A DNA stretch of 64,000 bases from an uncultured Verrucomicrobiae bacterium (GTDB taxonomy: Bacteria > Verrucomicrobiota > Verrucomicrobiia > Limisphaerales > Palsa-1400): the NCBI GenBank assembly GCA_963702845.1, contig OY969763.1, positions 640,001 to 704,000 of the forward strand. The letters run 5' to 3'. Shown piece by piece: positions 20,621 through 30,749 of this stretch. Below the pieces are notes generated by a model, which was not told the DNA's origin, made no database searches, and saw only the letters and a program-made list of their open reading frames with translations. The position numbers and the translations under genes were made by a program. How positions within the stretch are numbered: the first letter of the stretch is position 1; each line of letters starts with the position of its first letter.

Positions 20621-22014
20621 CGCTTGCCGAGCGTGGCGAGAAGCTTGTCGTGGATGTTGCCGAAGCCGCCATTGCTGAACACACAGATCACGTCACCGCC
20701 AACCGCTTCCTTTTTCAGGTGAGCGACGATCGAGTCGGCATCCGGCAGGTAAGCTGTTGGTTTGCCTAAAGCTTTGATGTCCTGCATCAGCTTCTCAGGA
20801 TTCAGGCGCTCTTCGGGCTTGAGCAATTCCAGGCGCGCAATTTGCGCAATCACGACTGCATCGGCGTCTTTGAACGAATCTGCCAATTCATTCTGAAACA
20901 CGTTCCGCCGCGTCGTGTTGGTGCGCGGCTCGAAAACGGCGAATATCTTTTGGTTTGCGTACTTCTGCCGCAAGGCTGACATCGTCTCACGAATCGCCGT
21001 CGGATGATGGCCGAAATCATCAATCACCGTAACGCCGCCCGCGATGCCCCGCACTTCCATGCGGCGTTTCACGCCTTTGAATGTTTCGAACGCCGCTTGG
21101 ATTTGTTTGTTCGATAAACCGCAATGCTTCGCACAACCGACGACGGCGAGCGCATTTCGGATGTTCAATTCGCCGACCATGTTCAGGTGAAACTTGAAGC
21201 TCGGGATTTCGAACGTGCTAGCGGTCGGACCGTACTTGATATTGAACGCCTGCACCGCATTGTCAGCACCGAGCCCGAAACGTTTCACTGGACAATGCGT
21301 CACATTCAGCAGCGGTGCGAGATTTGGATCATCGCCGTTGGCGAGCAATTGACCGTTGCGCGGGATCAGATTGATAAACCGTTTGAACGCGGTTTGGATC
21401 GCTCCAACGTTTTCGAAAATATCGGCGTGATCGAACTCCAGATTGTTGATGATCGCGACTTCTGGAAGGTAATGGACGAACTTGCTACGCTTATCGAAAA
21501 ATGCCGTGTCGTATTCGTCGCCTTCAATGATAAACCATTCGCTGTCGGTGAATCGTGCGCCCTGGCCGAAATTGTTTGGAATACCGCCGATGAGGTAGCT
21601 TGGGTTGAGCCCATTATGCTCAAAGACCCATGCGAGCAGGGAGGTGGTGGTTGTTTTTCCGTGGGTTCCGGAGACTACGAGCGAGCGTTTGCCGCGAATG
21701 AAAAATTCTTTGAGCAATTCTGGCAATGAACAATAACGCAATTTGTGATCTAGCACCGCTTCTGCTTCTGCGTTTCCGCGTGAGATCGCATTACCGATGA
21801 CAACGAGGTCGGGCTTATGTTTGAGATTGGACTCCGAATAGGCCCCCATTACGTCGATTTTGCGCTCTGCCAAAAACGTCGACATGGGCGGATACACCTG
21901 CGAGTCCGAGCCCGTAACGGTGTAACCTCGCGCCTGCATCGCCGCCGCCACCGAGGCCATGGCGGTCCCGCAAATTCCTACAAAATGAATGGAGCGAATC
22001 TCTGATGAAACCAT
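20617..22014 (-). CDS. mpl: Murein peptide ligase
   Basis: IHFVGICGTAM, GTHGKTTT, IEGDEYDTAFFDKRSKF, NNLEFDHADIF, DDFGHHPTAI. Confidence 0.93.
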   Translation of the reverse strand: MVSSEIRSIHFVGICGTAMASVAAAMQARGYTVTGSDSQVYPPMSTFLAERKIDVMGAYSESNLKHKPDLVVIGNAISRGNAEAEAVLDHKLRYCSLPELLKEFFIRGKRSLVVSGTHGKTTTTSLLAWVFEHNGLNPSYLIGGIPNNFGQGARFTDSEWFIIEGDEYDTAFFDKRSKFVHYLPEVAIINNLEFDHADIFENVGAIQTAFKRFINLIPRNGQLLANGDDPNLAPLLNVTHCPVKRFGLGADNAVQAFNIKYGPTASTFEIPSFKFHLNMVGELNIRNALAVVGCAKHCGLSNKQIQAAFETFKGVKRRMEVRGIAGGVTVIDDFGHHPTAIRETMSALRQKYANQKIFAVFEPRTNTTRRNVFQNELADSFKDADAVVIAQIARLELLKPEERLNPEKLMQDIKALGKPTAYLPDADSIVAHLKKEAVGGDVICVFSNGGFGNIHDKLLATLGKR

Positions 22015-22027
22015 GGCGCTATCATGT

Positions 22028-22452
22028 CTAAATCGGTTCAATCGTGAAATCATTTTTCACGCGAAACAATTTTTCGAAGCCTTCGCTCAATTGTGGTGGT
22101 TCCAATTTCTTTGCCATCGCATAAATCGCCACATTCGGCACGCGAGCTTTGCCCGCGCGTTGTGCGTTGCGTTTTAGCGCCTCATCAACCGAACAATCGA
22201 AATAATATCCAATCACCCGAAACTTCGCCGCCCTTGCTTGCGCAATATAAGCAGCCCTCTTTTCGCGAGTGACATTGGTGTTATCGAGAACAAAGGGCTG
22301 TTTCGCGCGCAAACACGCCTCGATGAGAGTCTTTTCCCGAGTTTCCGTCCGTAGCATGTCGCGATTGATGCGCACATGCGTATCGAGGAAATTCTTGGTG
22401 TAGAACGTAGATTTCCGGAGCCCGGTATACCGATGAACAAGACCAGTTCCAT
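22028..22452 (-). CDS. AAA_33/PNK-like predicted kinase; frameshift in the P-loop
   Basis: FIGIPGSG[KST], RINRDML, VLDNTN, EALKRNAQR. Confidence 0.8.
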
Positions 22453-22465
22453 ACTGGCACGCCGG

Positions 22466-23897
22466 TTAGCTCTTCAGCTTTCGCTCGAGAATTTCGCCGA
22501 TCAGATCCAGGGTTAGCCTTTCCTTTGCTGATTCTCATCACTTGGCCTTTGAGAAAGTTGAGTGCTGCCGCATTGCCTGCCTTGTAATCGGCAGCAGGGC
22601 GAGGATTGGCGGCGATGACCTCGTCGCAGAATTTTTCAATGGCACCGGTATCGCTGACCTGGGCCAGGCCTTTTTTCTCCACAATCGCGCTTGGCATTTC
22701 GCCGGTTTCAAACATGTCGCCGAAGACCTGCTGGCCGATGGCGCTGCTGATTTTTTTGCTGTCGACGAGCGAGACAAGTTCGATGATCGCCTCAGGCTTG
22801 AACTTTACGTCGTGCAAGGCCGTGCCGGTTTCGCCGAGCTTCGCACGCAAATTATTGATCACCCAGTTAGCAACGGCTTTCGGATTGCTTGGACTGTTTC
22901 GCCACGGTTTCGAAATACAAGCCAAGCGGCGCATCCCACACAAATGTCTGCGCATCTGAAGCAGGTAATTGATATTCTGAAATCATGCCGTTGTTTCTTC
23001 GCCAACGGCAGTTCCACGACGCGCGCTTTCACTTCTTGCAAGCCACTCGTCGGTTGGAACGAACGGCATCAGAGTCGGGTTCCGGAAAATAGCGGTAATC
23101 GTGCGCTTCTTCTTTGGAACGCATCAATTCGGTGATTCCACCTTCATCATCCCAGCGGCGCGTTTCCTGAAACAATTGGCCGCCGCTTTTGATTACCTCA
23201 ATCTGGCGCGGGATCTCATATTGCAACGCCCGCCGAACACCGCTGAAGGTGTTCATGTTTTTGATTTCGATTTTCTTCCCCAAGCGTTTTTTGGCCGACC
23301 GGGCGCACGCTGACGTTCACATCGCATCGCACCATGCCTTTTTCCATGTCTGCGTCACTGACGCCGCCGTAAATTAAAATCTCCTTCAGCGCGTTCACAT
23401 ATTCATAAGCCATGTCGGCGCTGGTGATGTCCGGCTCCGAAACGATTTCCAGCAACGGCACTCCGGCGCGATTGAAATCAACACCGCTAAATCGCGGGAA
23501 ATGGAAGTTTTTGCCGACGTCTTCTTCCAGGTGCGCGCGCGTGATGCGAACGCTGCGCAATCTGACCTTCAAATTCGAAATCAACGTAGCCATTTTGCGT
23601 CGACGGTTTGTCGAATTGAGTCACCTGATAATTCTTGGGCATGTCCGGATAGAAATAATTCTTCCGGTCAAACTTTGCGTAACGGGTCACTTCGCAATTG
23701 AGCAGATAGCCAGTCAAGGCGGTCAGCCGCAACGCTTCTTCATTGGCCACCGGCAACACGCCGGGCATGCCGAGGCAAACGGGGCAGACGTTGGTATTCG
23801 GCGGCGCGCCGAATTCATTCGCGCAGCCGCACCACATCTTTGATTTCGTCTTTAGCTGGACATGCGTTTCCAGTCCGATAACAGCTTCGTATTCCAC
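22466..23897 (-). CDS. gatB: Asp/Glu-tRNA amidotransferase subunit B; multiple frameshifts
   Basis: [63 protein letters not shown]. Confidence 0.95.
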
Positions 23898-23957
23898 AAC
23901 AGACAAATCTTTCTCAATTAAACCGCACTTTGCAAATGCGTAAACGTGCTCAGCCCC

Positions 23958-24425
23958 TCATAAACGCCGATTAACATAATGCAAGATCTTGAACTCAGGG
24001 TTGTCGCGCAGTTGCTCGACCAGGTCGAAATTACCCTCAAACGGTGGAAAAAAAGCATCGCCTTCCACCGTGCGTTTCACAACTGTCAGATAAAGGTCAG
24101 AACATTCAGCGAGCGTTTGCGAGTAGATCTGTGCGCCGCCACAAATAAACACTTCGCGAGTTTCTTTTGAAACATCAATGTCTCTCCAGTCCGCAACGGT
24201 CGCTACTCCCGGATAAGAAAATCCAGTCCGGCTAATAACAATCGTTGTGCGATTGGGCAGTGGCCTGCCAATCGATTCAAAAGTCTTCCGGCCCATGACA
24301 ACGACATTGCCGGTGGTCAATTGTTTGAACCACTTGAAATCCTCAGGCAGATGCCACGGAATCTGATTGCCGCGTCCGATGACCCGGTTTTCGCTCATGG
24401 CGGCAATGGCTTTGAAGTGTTTCAA
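23958..24425 (-). CDS. folA: Dihydrofolate reductase
   Basis: NRVIGRGNQIPWHLPEDFKWFK, VMGRKTFESIGRPLPNR, CGGAQIY; TTG start inferred. Confidence 0.95.
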   Translation of the reverse strand: MKHFKAIAAMSENRVIGRGNQIPWHLPEDFKWFKQLTTGNVVVMGRKTFESIGRPLPNRTTIVISRTGFSYPGVATVADWRDIDVSKETREVFICGGAQIYSQTLAECSDLYLTVVKRTVEGDAFFPPFEGNFDLVEQLRDNPEFKILHYVNRRL

Positions 24426-24498
24426 CCTCGACCGTTGTAACTCAAACGCGCCGATGCGCAAAGCCGCAACATTCAAGCCGATTGAATCAGCTTGGTTG

Positions 24499-25731
24499 AT
24501 GGTTCGTCCATTGCTTGTGACATGTGTTAACCAAAAAAGCTCTGGGCTCGCCTTTTTCTGTTTATTTCTCATTGCGTCGGTTGCCCACGCGGTTGACGCG
24601 CCAAAGCGTTTCAGCCAGGAAAAATTCGTCATCGGCCTCTGGAACCCGCCGGAGCGCGGTGACTTTGACAAAGCATACAAGGAAATTGCCGAAGCAAACT
24701 TCACGCTCGTGGTCAACACGCCCCAACTAAAACTCTGCGAAAAATATGGTCTGCAGGCGCTGATTTCCAATGGCATCAACGAGCCCGTGCCGGATAGTCC
24801 CGCTTGCATCGGCTATTTCGTCGCTGACGAACCGGGCCCAGGTTCGTATCCCGAAATGGCCCGACGTGCTGAAGAAGTCCGCACGAAGAAACCGGGTAAG
24901 TTCGGCTATATCAATTTGCTGCCAAATTATGCGCCGGCGTGGGCACTCGGCGGGACTTACGACGATTACGTAGGCAATTTCATCAAGATCGTCAAACCGG
25001 AGGTGTTGTCGATGGATAACTACCCGACGATGCGCCCGGATGGTGATTCGCGGCCAACGTATCGCTCGAACCTGGAGGTTTTCCGCAAATACGCCACGGA
25101 GGCCAACATCCCGTTTTGGAATTATTTTTACTGCATGCCGTTCAACGAGAAGTTGGATCCGACGGAAGCGCAGATTCGGTGGCAAATCTTTACGTCGATC
25201 GCTTACGGCGCCAAAGGCGTTCTTTACTTTTGTTATTGGACTCCGGGTAAAGGCGCTGCCGGGGGCGGTGAATTTCCCAAAGGCGGCGCGATCATTACGG
25301 CTGAAGGCCTGAAGACGCGGCATTACGATGAAGCGAGGCGGATCAATGCCGAAGTGAAGAATCTCGGGCCGACGTTGATGAAATTGAAAAGCACTGGCGT
25401 TTATCTGGTGACAACAACCGCTGCGACAACCATTCCGGCGTCGAGCGGGTTGACGAATCTCGCGGGGATTAAAGGCGATCCGGTTGGGAACTATCTTGTC
25501 GGCACGTTCACGTCGGGCGATGGTTCGCGCGCTGTTATGATCATGAACGACAACTATAGCTATACCGGATGGTTAAACCTGACGTTCGACATGGACGCGA
25601 AAGACGTGATGGAGGTTTCAAAAACGACCGGGCAACTTGAGCCGGTGGTTGATGACAGTCCGGAGCTAAAAGGGTTGCAGGCCTCGTTTGGTGCAGGCGA
25701 TGGACGGCTGTTCGTGCTTCCACGTCGATAG
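24499..25731 (+). CDS. Secreted putative TIM-barrel glycoside hydrolase; start approximate
   Basis: Signal peptide; GYFVADEP, LSMDNYP, IAYGAKGVLYFCY. Confidence 0.7.
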   Translation: MVRPLLVTCVNQKSSGLAFFCLFLIASVAHAVDAPKRFSQEKFVIGLWNPPERGDFDKAYKEIAEANFTLVVNTPQLKLCEKYGLQALISNGINEPVPDSPACIGYFVADEPGPGSYPEMARRAEEVRTKKPGKFGYINLLPNYAPAWALGGTYDDYVGNFIKIVKPEVLSMDNYPTMRPDGDSRPTYRSNLEVFRKYATEANIPFWNYFYCMPFNEKLDPTEAQIRWQIFTSIAYGAKGVLYFCYWTPGKGAAGGGEFPKGGAIITAEGLKTRHYDEARRINAEVKNLGPTLMKLKSTGVYLVTTTAATTIPASSGLTNLAGIKGDPVGNYLVGTFTSGDGSRAVMIMNDNYSYTGWLNLTFDMDAKDVMEVSKTTGQLEPVVDDSPELKGLQASFGAGDGRLFVLPRR

Positions 25732-25769
25732 CTTGTTCTGACGCTGCGAACATAGAACAGTGATCATTT

Positions 25770-25873
25770 TTAACTCCCGTTAACTCCTGTTAACTCCTGT
25801 TAAGTGCCGTTTGCTGCCGTTTGTGACCGTCGAAGATTTACTTTTGGTTTGAATTCCTTTGAATTCCTTTGAA
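25770..25873. repeat. 10-bp-period tandem repeats
   Basis: taactcccgt/taactcctgt/taactcctgt/taagtgccgt/ttgctgccgt/ttgtgaccgt, then (tttgaattcc) x2.6. Confidence 0.85.
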
Positions 25874-25966
25874 ACGGTCCGGGAGGCAGACAACCGCGTA
25901 CACACCAAGAGAGCTTGCCGAACGCTGATTAAGAGCTTCGGCGGTTGAATTACCCTGTTTCCCTAT

Positions 25967-25999
25967 TTGTCAAAGAACAATTGCCAGCCACTTGCTGGC
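25967..25999 (-). promoter_or_regulatory. boxB-like hairpin plus boxA-like antitermination element
   Basis: GCCAGC-aagtg-GCTGGC, 4 nt, GTTCTTTGACAA. Confidence 0.65.
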
Positions 26000-26008
26000 G
26001 CATGAAGT

Positions 26009-26037
26009 AACTTACGACACTTGATATGATGTGTCAA
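26009..26037 (-). promoter_or_regulatory. Sigma70 promoter with overlapping inverted repeats
   Basis: TTGACA-17 nt-TAAGTT; GACAC-N10-GTGTC overlaps the spacer and -35. Confidence 0.7.
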
Positions 26038-26116
26038 ATCTATGATGATTTGAACGAGGCGCGGTCCGATGGGGTGTTCTCGACAGCACTGCACTTTCCC
26101 CGCTAAAGTCGATGGA

Positions 26117-27535
26117 ATGAAACCCTTGTATTCTCTGGCAGCGGCTTTGCTTTTAGTGTGCAACGGGAGCGCGGAAACGATTCAGTTGGGGGCGCGTCGC
26201 GAGCTGTTTGTTGATCGGTTTTTGATCGGGACGATGACGAATGCGGAGTTGCGCTTGCACGAGCCACGTCGGGATGGGCCGGCGATTCTTTTCGATAAAC
26301 CTTGGGATGGAGGGTTCTCCGCGTATGTGACGGTGTTCAAGGATGGGGATGTTTACCGGATGTATTATCGCGGGTCACCCAAGGCTGGCCACGATGGGAA
26401 TAGTAATGAATCGGTTTGTTATGCGGAGTCGAAAGACGGAATGGCGTGGACGAAACCGGACCTGGAACTCTTCGAGGTCGCAGGCACGAAGCACAACAAC
26501 GTGGTTCTGACGAACGCGCCGTATGCGCATAACTTCAGTCCGTTTCGCGATGAGGCTCCGTCCGCGACTGCCGGCGCTAGATATAAAGCGCTGGCAGGCC
26601 TCCAGAAGGGCGGGTTGCATGCGTTTGCTTCGGCGGATGCCCTTCACTGGAACCCGATGCAAGCTGAGCCGGTATTTACGCGAGGCGCTTTTGACTCGCA
26701 GAATGTGGCGTTCTGGTCGGTAACGGAATCGCAATATGTTTGTTACTTTCGCACCTGGAAGCAGATGACGAAGGATGGGTTTCGGTGGATTTCACGGACG
26801 ACGAGCAAAGATTTTGTGCATTGGACTGAGCCCGAAGAAATGGAATTTGGCGACACGGCGCCGGAGCATCTCTACACGAACGGCACGCATCCGTATTATC
26901 GCGCGCCACATATTTACATCGCGCTGGCGAAGCGGTTTTTTCCAAACAAGGTCGCATTGCCATCGGAACAGGCACGAAAGCTGGTGAACTATCCCGGGTA
27001 TCGCATTGCGTCGAGTGATTCGATTCTCATGACGACGCGCGGTGGCACACATTATGAGCGCGCGTTCATGGACGCATTCATTCGCCCGGGGCCGGATCCG
27101 GAAGATTGGATTTCGCGCGATAACATGCCGGCGTGCGGCGTGGTGCCGGGAGATGCGCGCACGATGTTCATTTATCGGATGTCGCATTATGCGCAGCCTT
27201 CGGCGGAGATGACGCGGTATTCATTGCGAACGGATGGGTTTATTTCGGTGCACGCTGCCTACGCAGGCGGTGAGATGGTGACGAAGCCATTTACGTTTTC
27301 TGGCTCGCAACTTTCACTGAATTTCCAGAGCAGCGCCGCGGGTGGAGTGCGGGTGGAATTGCAGGATAAAACGGGCAAGGTGTTGATGAATTGCGCGGAG
27401 ATGATGGGGGATGAAATCGATCGCGATGTGACATGGTCGCAGGGTGGTGATCTGCGCCGGTTTGCCGGGAAGACGGTTCGGTTGCGATTTATCTTAAAAG
27501 ATGCGGACCTTTATTCACTGCAGTTTCATGACTAG
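26117..27535 (+). CDS. Secreted five-bladed beta-propeller glycosidase-like protein (GH32/43/130-like)
   Basis: RELFVD, YRMYYRG, CYAESKDGMAWTKP, FDSQN, LRTDGF. Confidence 0.75.
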   Translation: MKPLYSLAAALLLVCNGSAETIQLGARRELFVDRFLIGTMTNAELRLHEPRRDGPAILFDKPWDGGFSAYVTVFKDGDVYRMYYRGSPKAGHDGNSNESVCYAESKDGMAWTKPDLELFEVAGTKHNNVVLTNAPYAHNFSPFRDEAPSATAGARYKALAGLQKGGLHAFASADALHWNPMQAEPVFTRGAFDSQNVAFWSVTESQYVCYFRTWKQMTKDGFRWISRTTSKDFVHWTEPEEMEFGDTAPEHLYTNGTHPYYRAPHIYIALAKRFFPNKVALPSEQARKLVNYPGYRIASSDSILMTTRGGTHYERAFMDAFIRPGPDPEDWISRDNMPACGVVPGDARTMFIYRMSHYAQPSAEMTRYSLRTDGFISVHAAYAGGEMVTKPFTFSGSQLSLNFQSSAAGGVRVELQDKTGKVLMNCAEMMGDEIDRDVTWSQGGDLRRFAGKTVRLRFILKDADLYSLQFHD

Positions 27536-29060
27536 AGCGTTGCCAATTTTGTTAGGCGCGTTGATGGTTTTCACGGCGTCGGCGCGCACGATTCTTTTTC
27601 TGGATGATGAAGATGTTTTGTATCGGTCGGGCACGAAACGCGTTCTCGTCCCGTTAAAAGCGCATGTGTCGAATCCGTTGTTAGAGGGACATGAGAAGCC
27701 GTGGGAAACTGCGATTGCGTGGACGAGTGTTTATCGCAATCCAGCCAGCGGCCATTATCAACTCTGGTATCAAGCATTCGCCGGCGATGCGGCGCGCGAC
27801 AAGACACGACGGTGCACGGTTTGTTACGCGGAGTCGGACGACGGCGTTCATTTCACCCGGCCGAATCTCGGGTTGTATGACTTCAACGGAATTAAAGAGA
27901 ACAACATTGTGCTGTTGGCGAATGGCGCCCGGTTGGATCGGTATGGGGTATCAGTTGTCGTGGACGAAAAGGAGCGGGATGCGAGTCGATGTTATAAAAT
28001 GGCGTATTTTGATTTTACGCGGGACGGCGGCAAGGAGTTGCCGGGGTTAAATGTGGCTTTTTCAGCGGATGGGATTCATTGGACCAAATATCCACACGAA
28101 CCTCTGTCGCGCGCATCCTACGGTGATTATGGTGAGCCGGTTCTGGTTGCAGGTGAATCGAACGGCGCAAGTCTTGCGTGGCCGTTATCGATGGCGGATG
28201 CGTTGGATGTGTTTTGGGATACGCCGCGCAAGGTGTTCGCGATTTATGGGAAGATGTGGATCGATGGACCGGATGGCGGCATGCACTGGAAACATGCGAT
28301 GGGGCGCATCGAAAGCACGGATTTTATCCATTGGTCCAGCCCGCAGTTGATTTTGACACCGGATGATTTGGATGCGAAGTCGGTGGAATTTCACACGACG
28401 CCAGTTTTTTACCACGAGGGCTATTACATCTCGCCGTTGCAGATTCTTGATCGCGCGCAAAATGGCGGAGTGGTCGATATTGAATTCGCGGTGAGCCGTG
28501 ATGGATTGAAATGGCAGCGGCCGTATCGGAATTCGTTTTGGCTTCAGCGGACTTCCGGGAACAAATTCGACAGCGGTTCATTGTTTGTTTGTGCGCAGCC
28601 GGTGACGGTGGGTGATGAAACACGGTTTTACTTCGGCGCCTATTCGCAAGGTGCGACGGGCGGCGACGATTATTCGCTGGCGAGCGGGATTGGTTTGGCG
28701 ACGATGACGCGCGATCGTTTTGTGGGAATTGAACCAGTGGCGGTGAGTGATCAGCCGACTTTGAAGGCGCCGTTGCATAACGTCGGCCAGGTGACTTTGA
28801 AGCCTGTGGATTTGGGTGGCGTCGACGGCATTGAACTGAATGCGGATGCAAAAGATGGGATGATTCGAGTTGAGCTTCTGGATGAGGAAGGAAAACGGCT
28901 GCGGGGATTTACGGCGACGGAGGCGGTTGCGATTAGTGGGGATTCGGTCCGACATCGGGTGATGTGGAAAACACCCAAGGTATTGCCGGCGCGGAGGTGT
29001 TTGATTCGCGTGCATCTGCAGCAGGCGACATTGTATGGGGTGACGCTAAAAGAGAAGTGA
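27528..29060 (+). CDS. Second secreted beta-propeller glycosidase-like protein
   Basis: LFLDD, CYAESDDGVHFTRP, SADGIHW, SRDGLKW, RDRF; overlaps the upstream gene. Confidence 0.75.
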   Translation: MTRALPILLGALMVFTASARTILFLDDEDVLYRSGTKRVLVPLKAHVSNPLLEGHEKPWETAIAWTSVYRNPASGHYQLWYQAFAGDAARDKTRRCTVCYAESDDGVHFTRPNLGLYDFNGIKENNIVLLANGARLDRYGVSVVVDEKERDASRCYKMAYFDFTRDGGKELPGLNVAFSADGIHWTKYPHEPLSRASYGDYGEPVLVAGESNGASLAWPLSMADALDVFWDTPRKVFAIYGKMWIDGPDGGMHWKHAMGRIESTDFIHWSSPQLILTPDDLDAKSVEFHTTPVFYHEGYYISPLQILDRAQNGGVVDIEFAVSRDGLKWQRPYRNSFWLQRTSGNKFDSGSLFVCAQPVTVGDETRFYFGAYSQGATGGDDYSLASGIGLATMTRDRFVGIEPVAVSDQPTLKAPLHNVGQVTLKPVDLGGVDGIELNADAKDGMIRVELLDEEGKRLRGFTATEAVAISGDSVRHRVMWKTPKVLPARRCLIRVHLQQATLYGVTLKEK

Positions 29061-29143
29061 ACCGATTTTCGGCATGTTCTGCGCGCACGGTGCCGGTGAA
29101 TCCTGTTGACTCGGCCTCGATAGCTCCTAAAACGACGACGAAC

Positions 29144-30583
29144 ATGCGTCAGCTTCGAATCATTAAGGCGGGATTGATGACCCTATTGCTTCCGGTAATG
29201 GCCGGTTTTCTTTTCACGACGGTTTTCGCGCAAAGCGTCGTGACGGTCACGATCGATACCAACGCACCGTTACGGCGGCCGATTTCGGATGACTTTGTTG
29301 GGCTGAGCTTTGGGATGCGGGCAGTGTTGGGCAAAGAAGACGGAGCGCATTTTTTTAGTCCATCGAATTCCGCGCTGATTACGTTGTTTGAGAATGTCGG
29401 AATCAAACATTTGCGGATGGGCGGGACTTCGGTGGAGGCTCCGCCAATGACTCCGATTCCGGACAGAGACGACATTGATAATTTGTTTGGGTTTGCGCGT
29501 GCTGCGGGCGTTGCACGGATTATTTATTCGTTGCGATTGCTTGAGACGAATGCGGCGCTGAATTACGAAGCAACAAATGTCGAGATCGCGAAATACATTT
29601 GGAGCCGTTATCGGTCGCAACTCGATTGTTTCGCGATTGGGAACGAGCCGGATCTGCGTCGGGTTTTTGACCAGGATTACGCGATTCGAGATTTTTCAAC
29701 GTATTTGCAGAAGTGGCAGCGGTATTCGTCGGCGATTGTCGCTGCTCTACCGGAGGCGAAATTTGCCGGGCCAGACGGCAGTGGCAACGTGGGCCGGACG
29801 ACCGCGTTTGCGAAGGCGGAATGTCCGACGGGTTTGTTGAAGATGGTGACCGACCATTTTTATGTCGGAGGAAAAGGGCGCGATGTTCCGGCACGTCGCG
29901 GAATCGATGACATGTTGTCGCCGGGGTGGATCGCGAGGAATGAGAAGCGGTTTGAGGCGGCGGCGGTTCCGGTTTTCAATCTTGGTTGTGCGTATCGATT
30001 GACGGAGGCGAACGATCATTATAGCGGCGGTGTGCCGGATGCGAGTGACACGTTTGCGGGCGCGTTGTGGGCGCTGGATTTTTTGCACTGGTGGGCGGCG
30101 CACGAGATCGCTGGCGTGGATTTTCATAATACGCAATGGGTGGTGAATGATGTGCTGACGCATGATACACATGGCGACTTGCGGATTAATCCGAAGGGTT
30201 ACGGATTGAAGGCGTTTGCAATTGGAAGCAAGGGTTCGCCGGAACGGGTGAAGGTGGTGAACAAAAGCGGCGTTAATTTGACTGCGTATTCGGTTCGACA
30301 TGGCGATGAACATTTTGTGACGTTGATCAATAAGGAGCACGGATTTGGCGCTCGCCGCGCGAAGATTACTATTGCGGGTGTGCGCGCGAGTGGTGCAGAG
30401 ATGATGGAGATGACGTCGGGCACAGCAGGGGTTGCGGCGAAGACGGGGATTACATTGGGAGGAGCGGAAATCACGAGCGACGCGCCGTGGGAAGGTCGAT
30501 GGATGAACTTGAAGGTGAATAAAGCGGGGATATGTGTTGTGAAGGTGGCGGCGGGGTCGGCGGTGATTATAAAGGTGAAATGA
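29144..30583 (+). CDS. GH79-like (beta-glucuronidase/heparanase family) glycosidase
   Basis: FVGLSF, LRMGGTS, IGNEPD, RLTEAN, SDTFAGALWALD, GVDFH. Confidence 0.85.
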   Translation: MRQLRIIKAGLMTLLLPVMAGFLFTTVFAQSVVTVTIDTNAPLRRPISDDFVGLSFGMRAVLGKEDGAHFFSPSNSALITLFENVGIKHLRMGGTSVEAPPMTPIPDRDDIDNLFGFARAAGVARIIYSLRLLETNAALNYEATNVEIAKYIWSRYRSQLDCFAIGNEPDLRRVFDQDYAIRDFSTYLQKWQRYSSAIVAALPEAKFAGPDGSGNVGRTTAFAKAECPTGLLKMVTDHFYVGGKGRDVPARRGIDDMLSPGWIARNEKRFEAAAVPVFNLGCAYRLTEANDHYSGGVPDASDTFAGALWALDFLHWWAAHEIAGVDFHNTQWVVNDVLTHDTHGDLRINPKGYGLKAFAIGSKGSPERVKVVNKSGVNLTAYSVRHGDEHFVTLINKEHGFGARRAKITIAGVRASGAEMMEMTSGTAGVAAKTGITLGGAEITSDAPWEGRWMNLKVNKAGICVVKVAAGSAVIIKVK

Positions 30584-30605
30584 GTCGGCGTGGCGCTGCA
30601 ATCTC

Positions 30606-30667
30606 AACGCGAAGACGCAAAGGTGCAAAGGCGCGGAGAGGAACAGAAGGAAACGAAGGAAACGAAG
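30606..30667 (+). repeat. Purine-rich short repeat block (A then B)
   Basis: aacgcgaagacgcaaaggtgcaaaggcgcggagag + gaacagaaggaaacgaaggaaacgaag. Confidence 0.75.
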
Positions 30668-30749
30668 AGGAGAATCGTTAATCTTCGCTAATTGGCCGTT
30701 GATGAATGGTGTTGACTGGCTATCGGTTGTTGCCGACAACTACGCGGAA

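Noticed and set aside
22028..23906. gatB and the adjacent kinase as pseudogenes or programmed frameshifts
   Set aside because: Indels cluster regionally (4.0-6.2, 22.4-23.6 and 38.4-47.5 kb), hit a normally essential gene and leave motifs intact. Consensus or long-read error is the simplest explanation; read polishing would confirm.
23958..24809. N-terminally extended 283-aa DHFR
   Set aside because: The extension overlaps the divergent secreted gene; DHFR homology begins near 24425.
25770..25873. CRISPR array
   Set aside because: 10-bp units are contiguous with no spacers, and there are no cas genes.
29747..30739. Long antisense ORFs (this one and 54025..55077)
   Set aside because: They are shadows of well-supported opposite-strand genes in GC-rich, skewed DNA, with no motifs.
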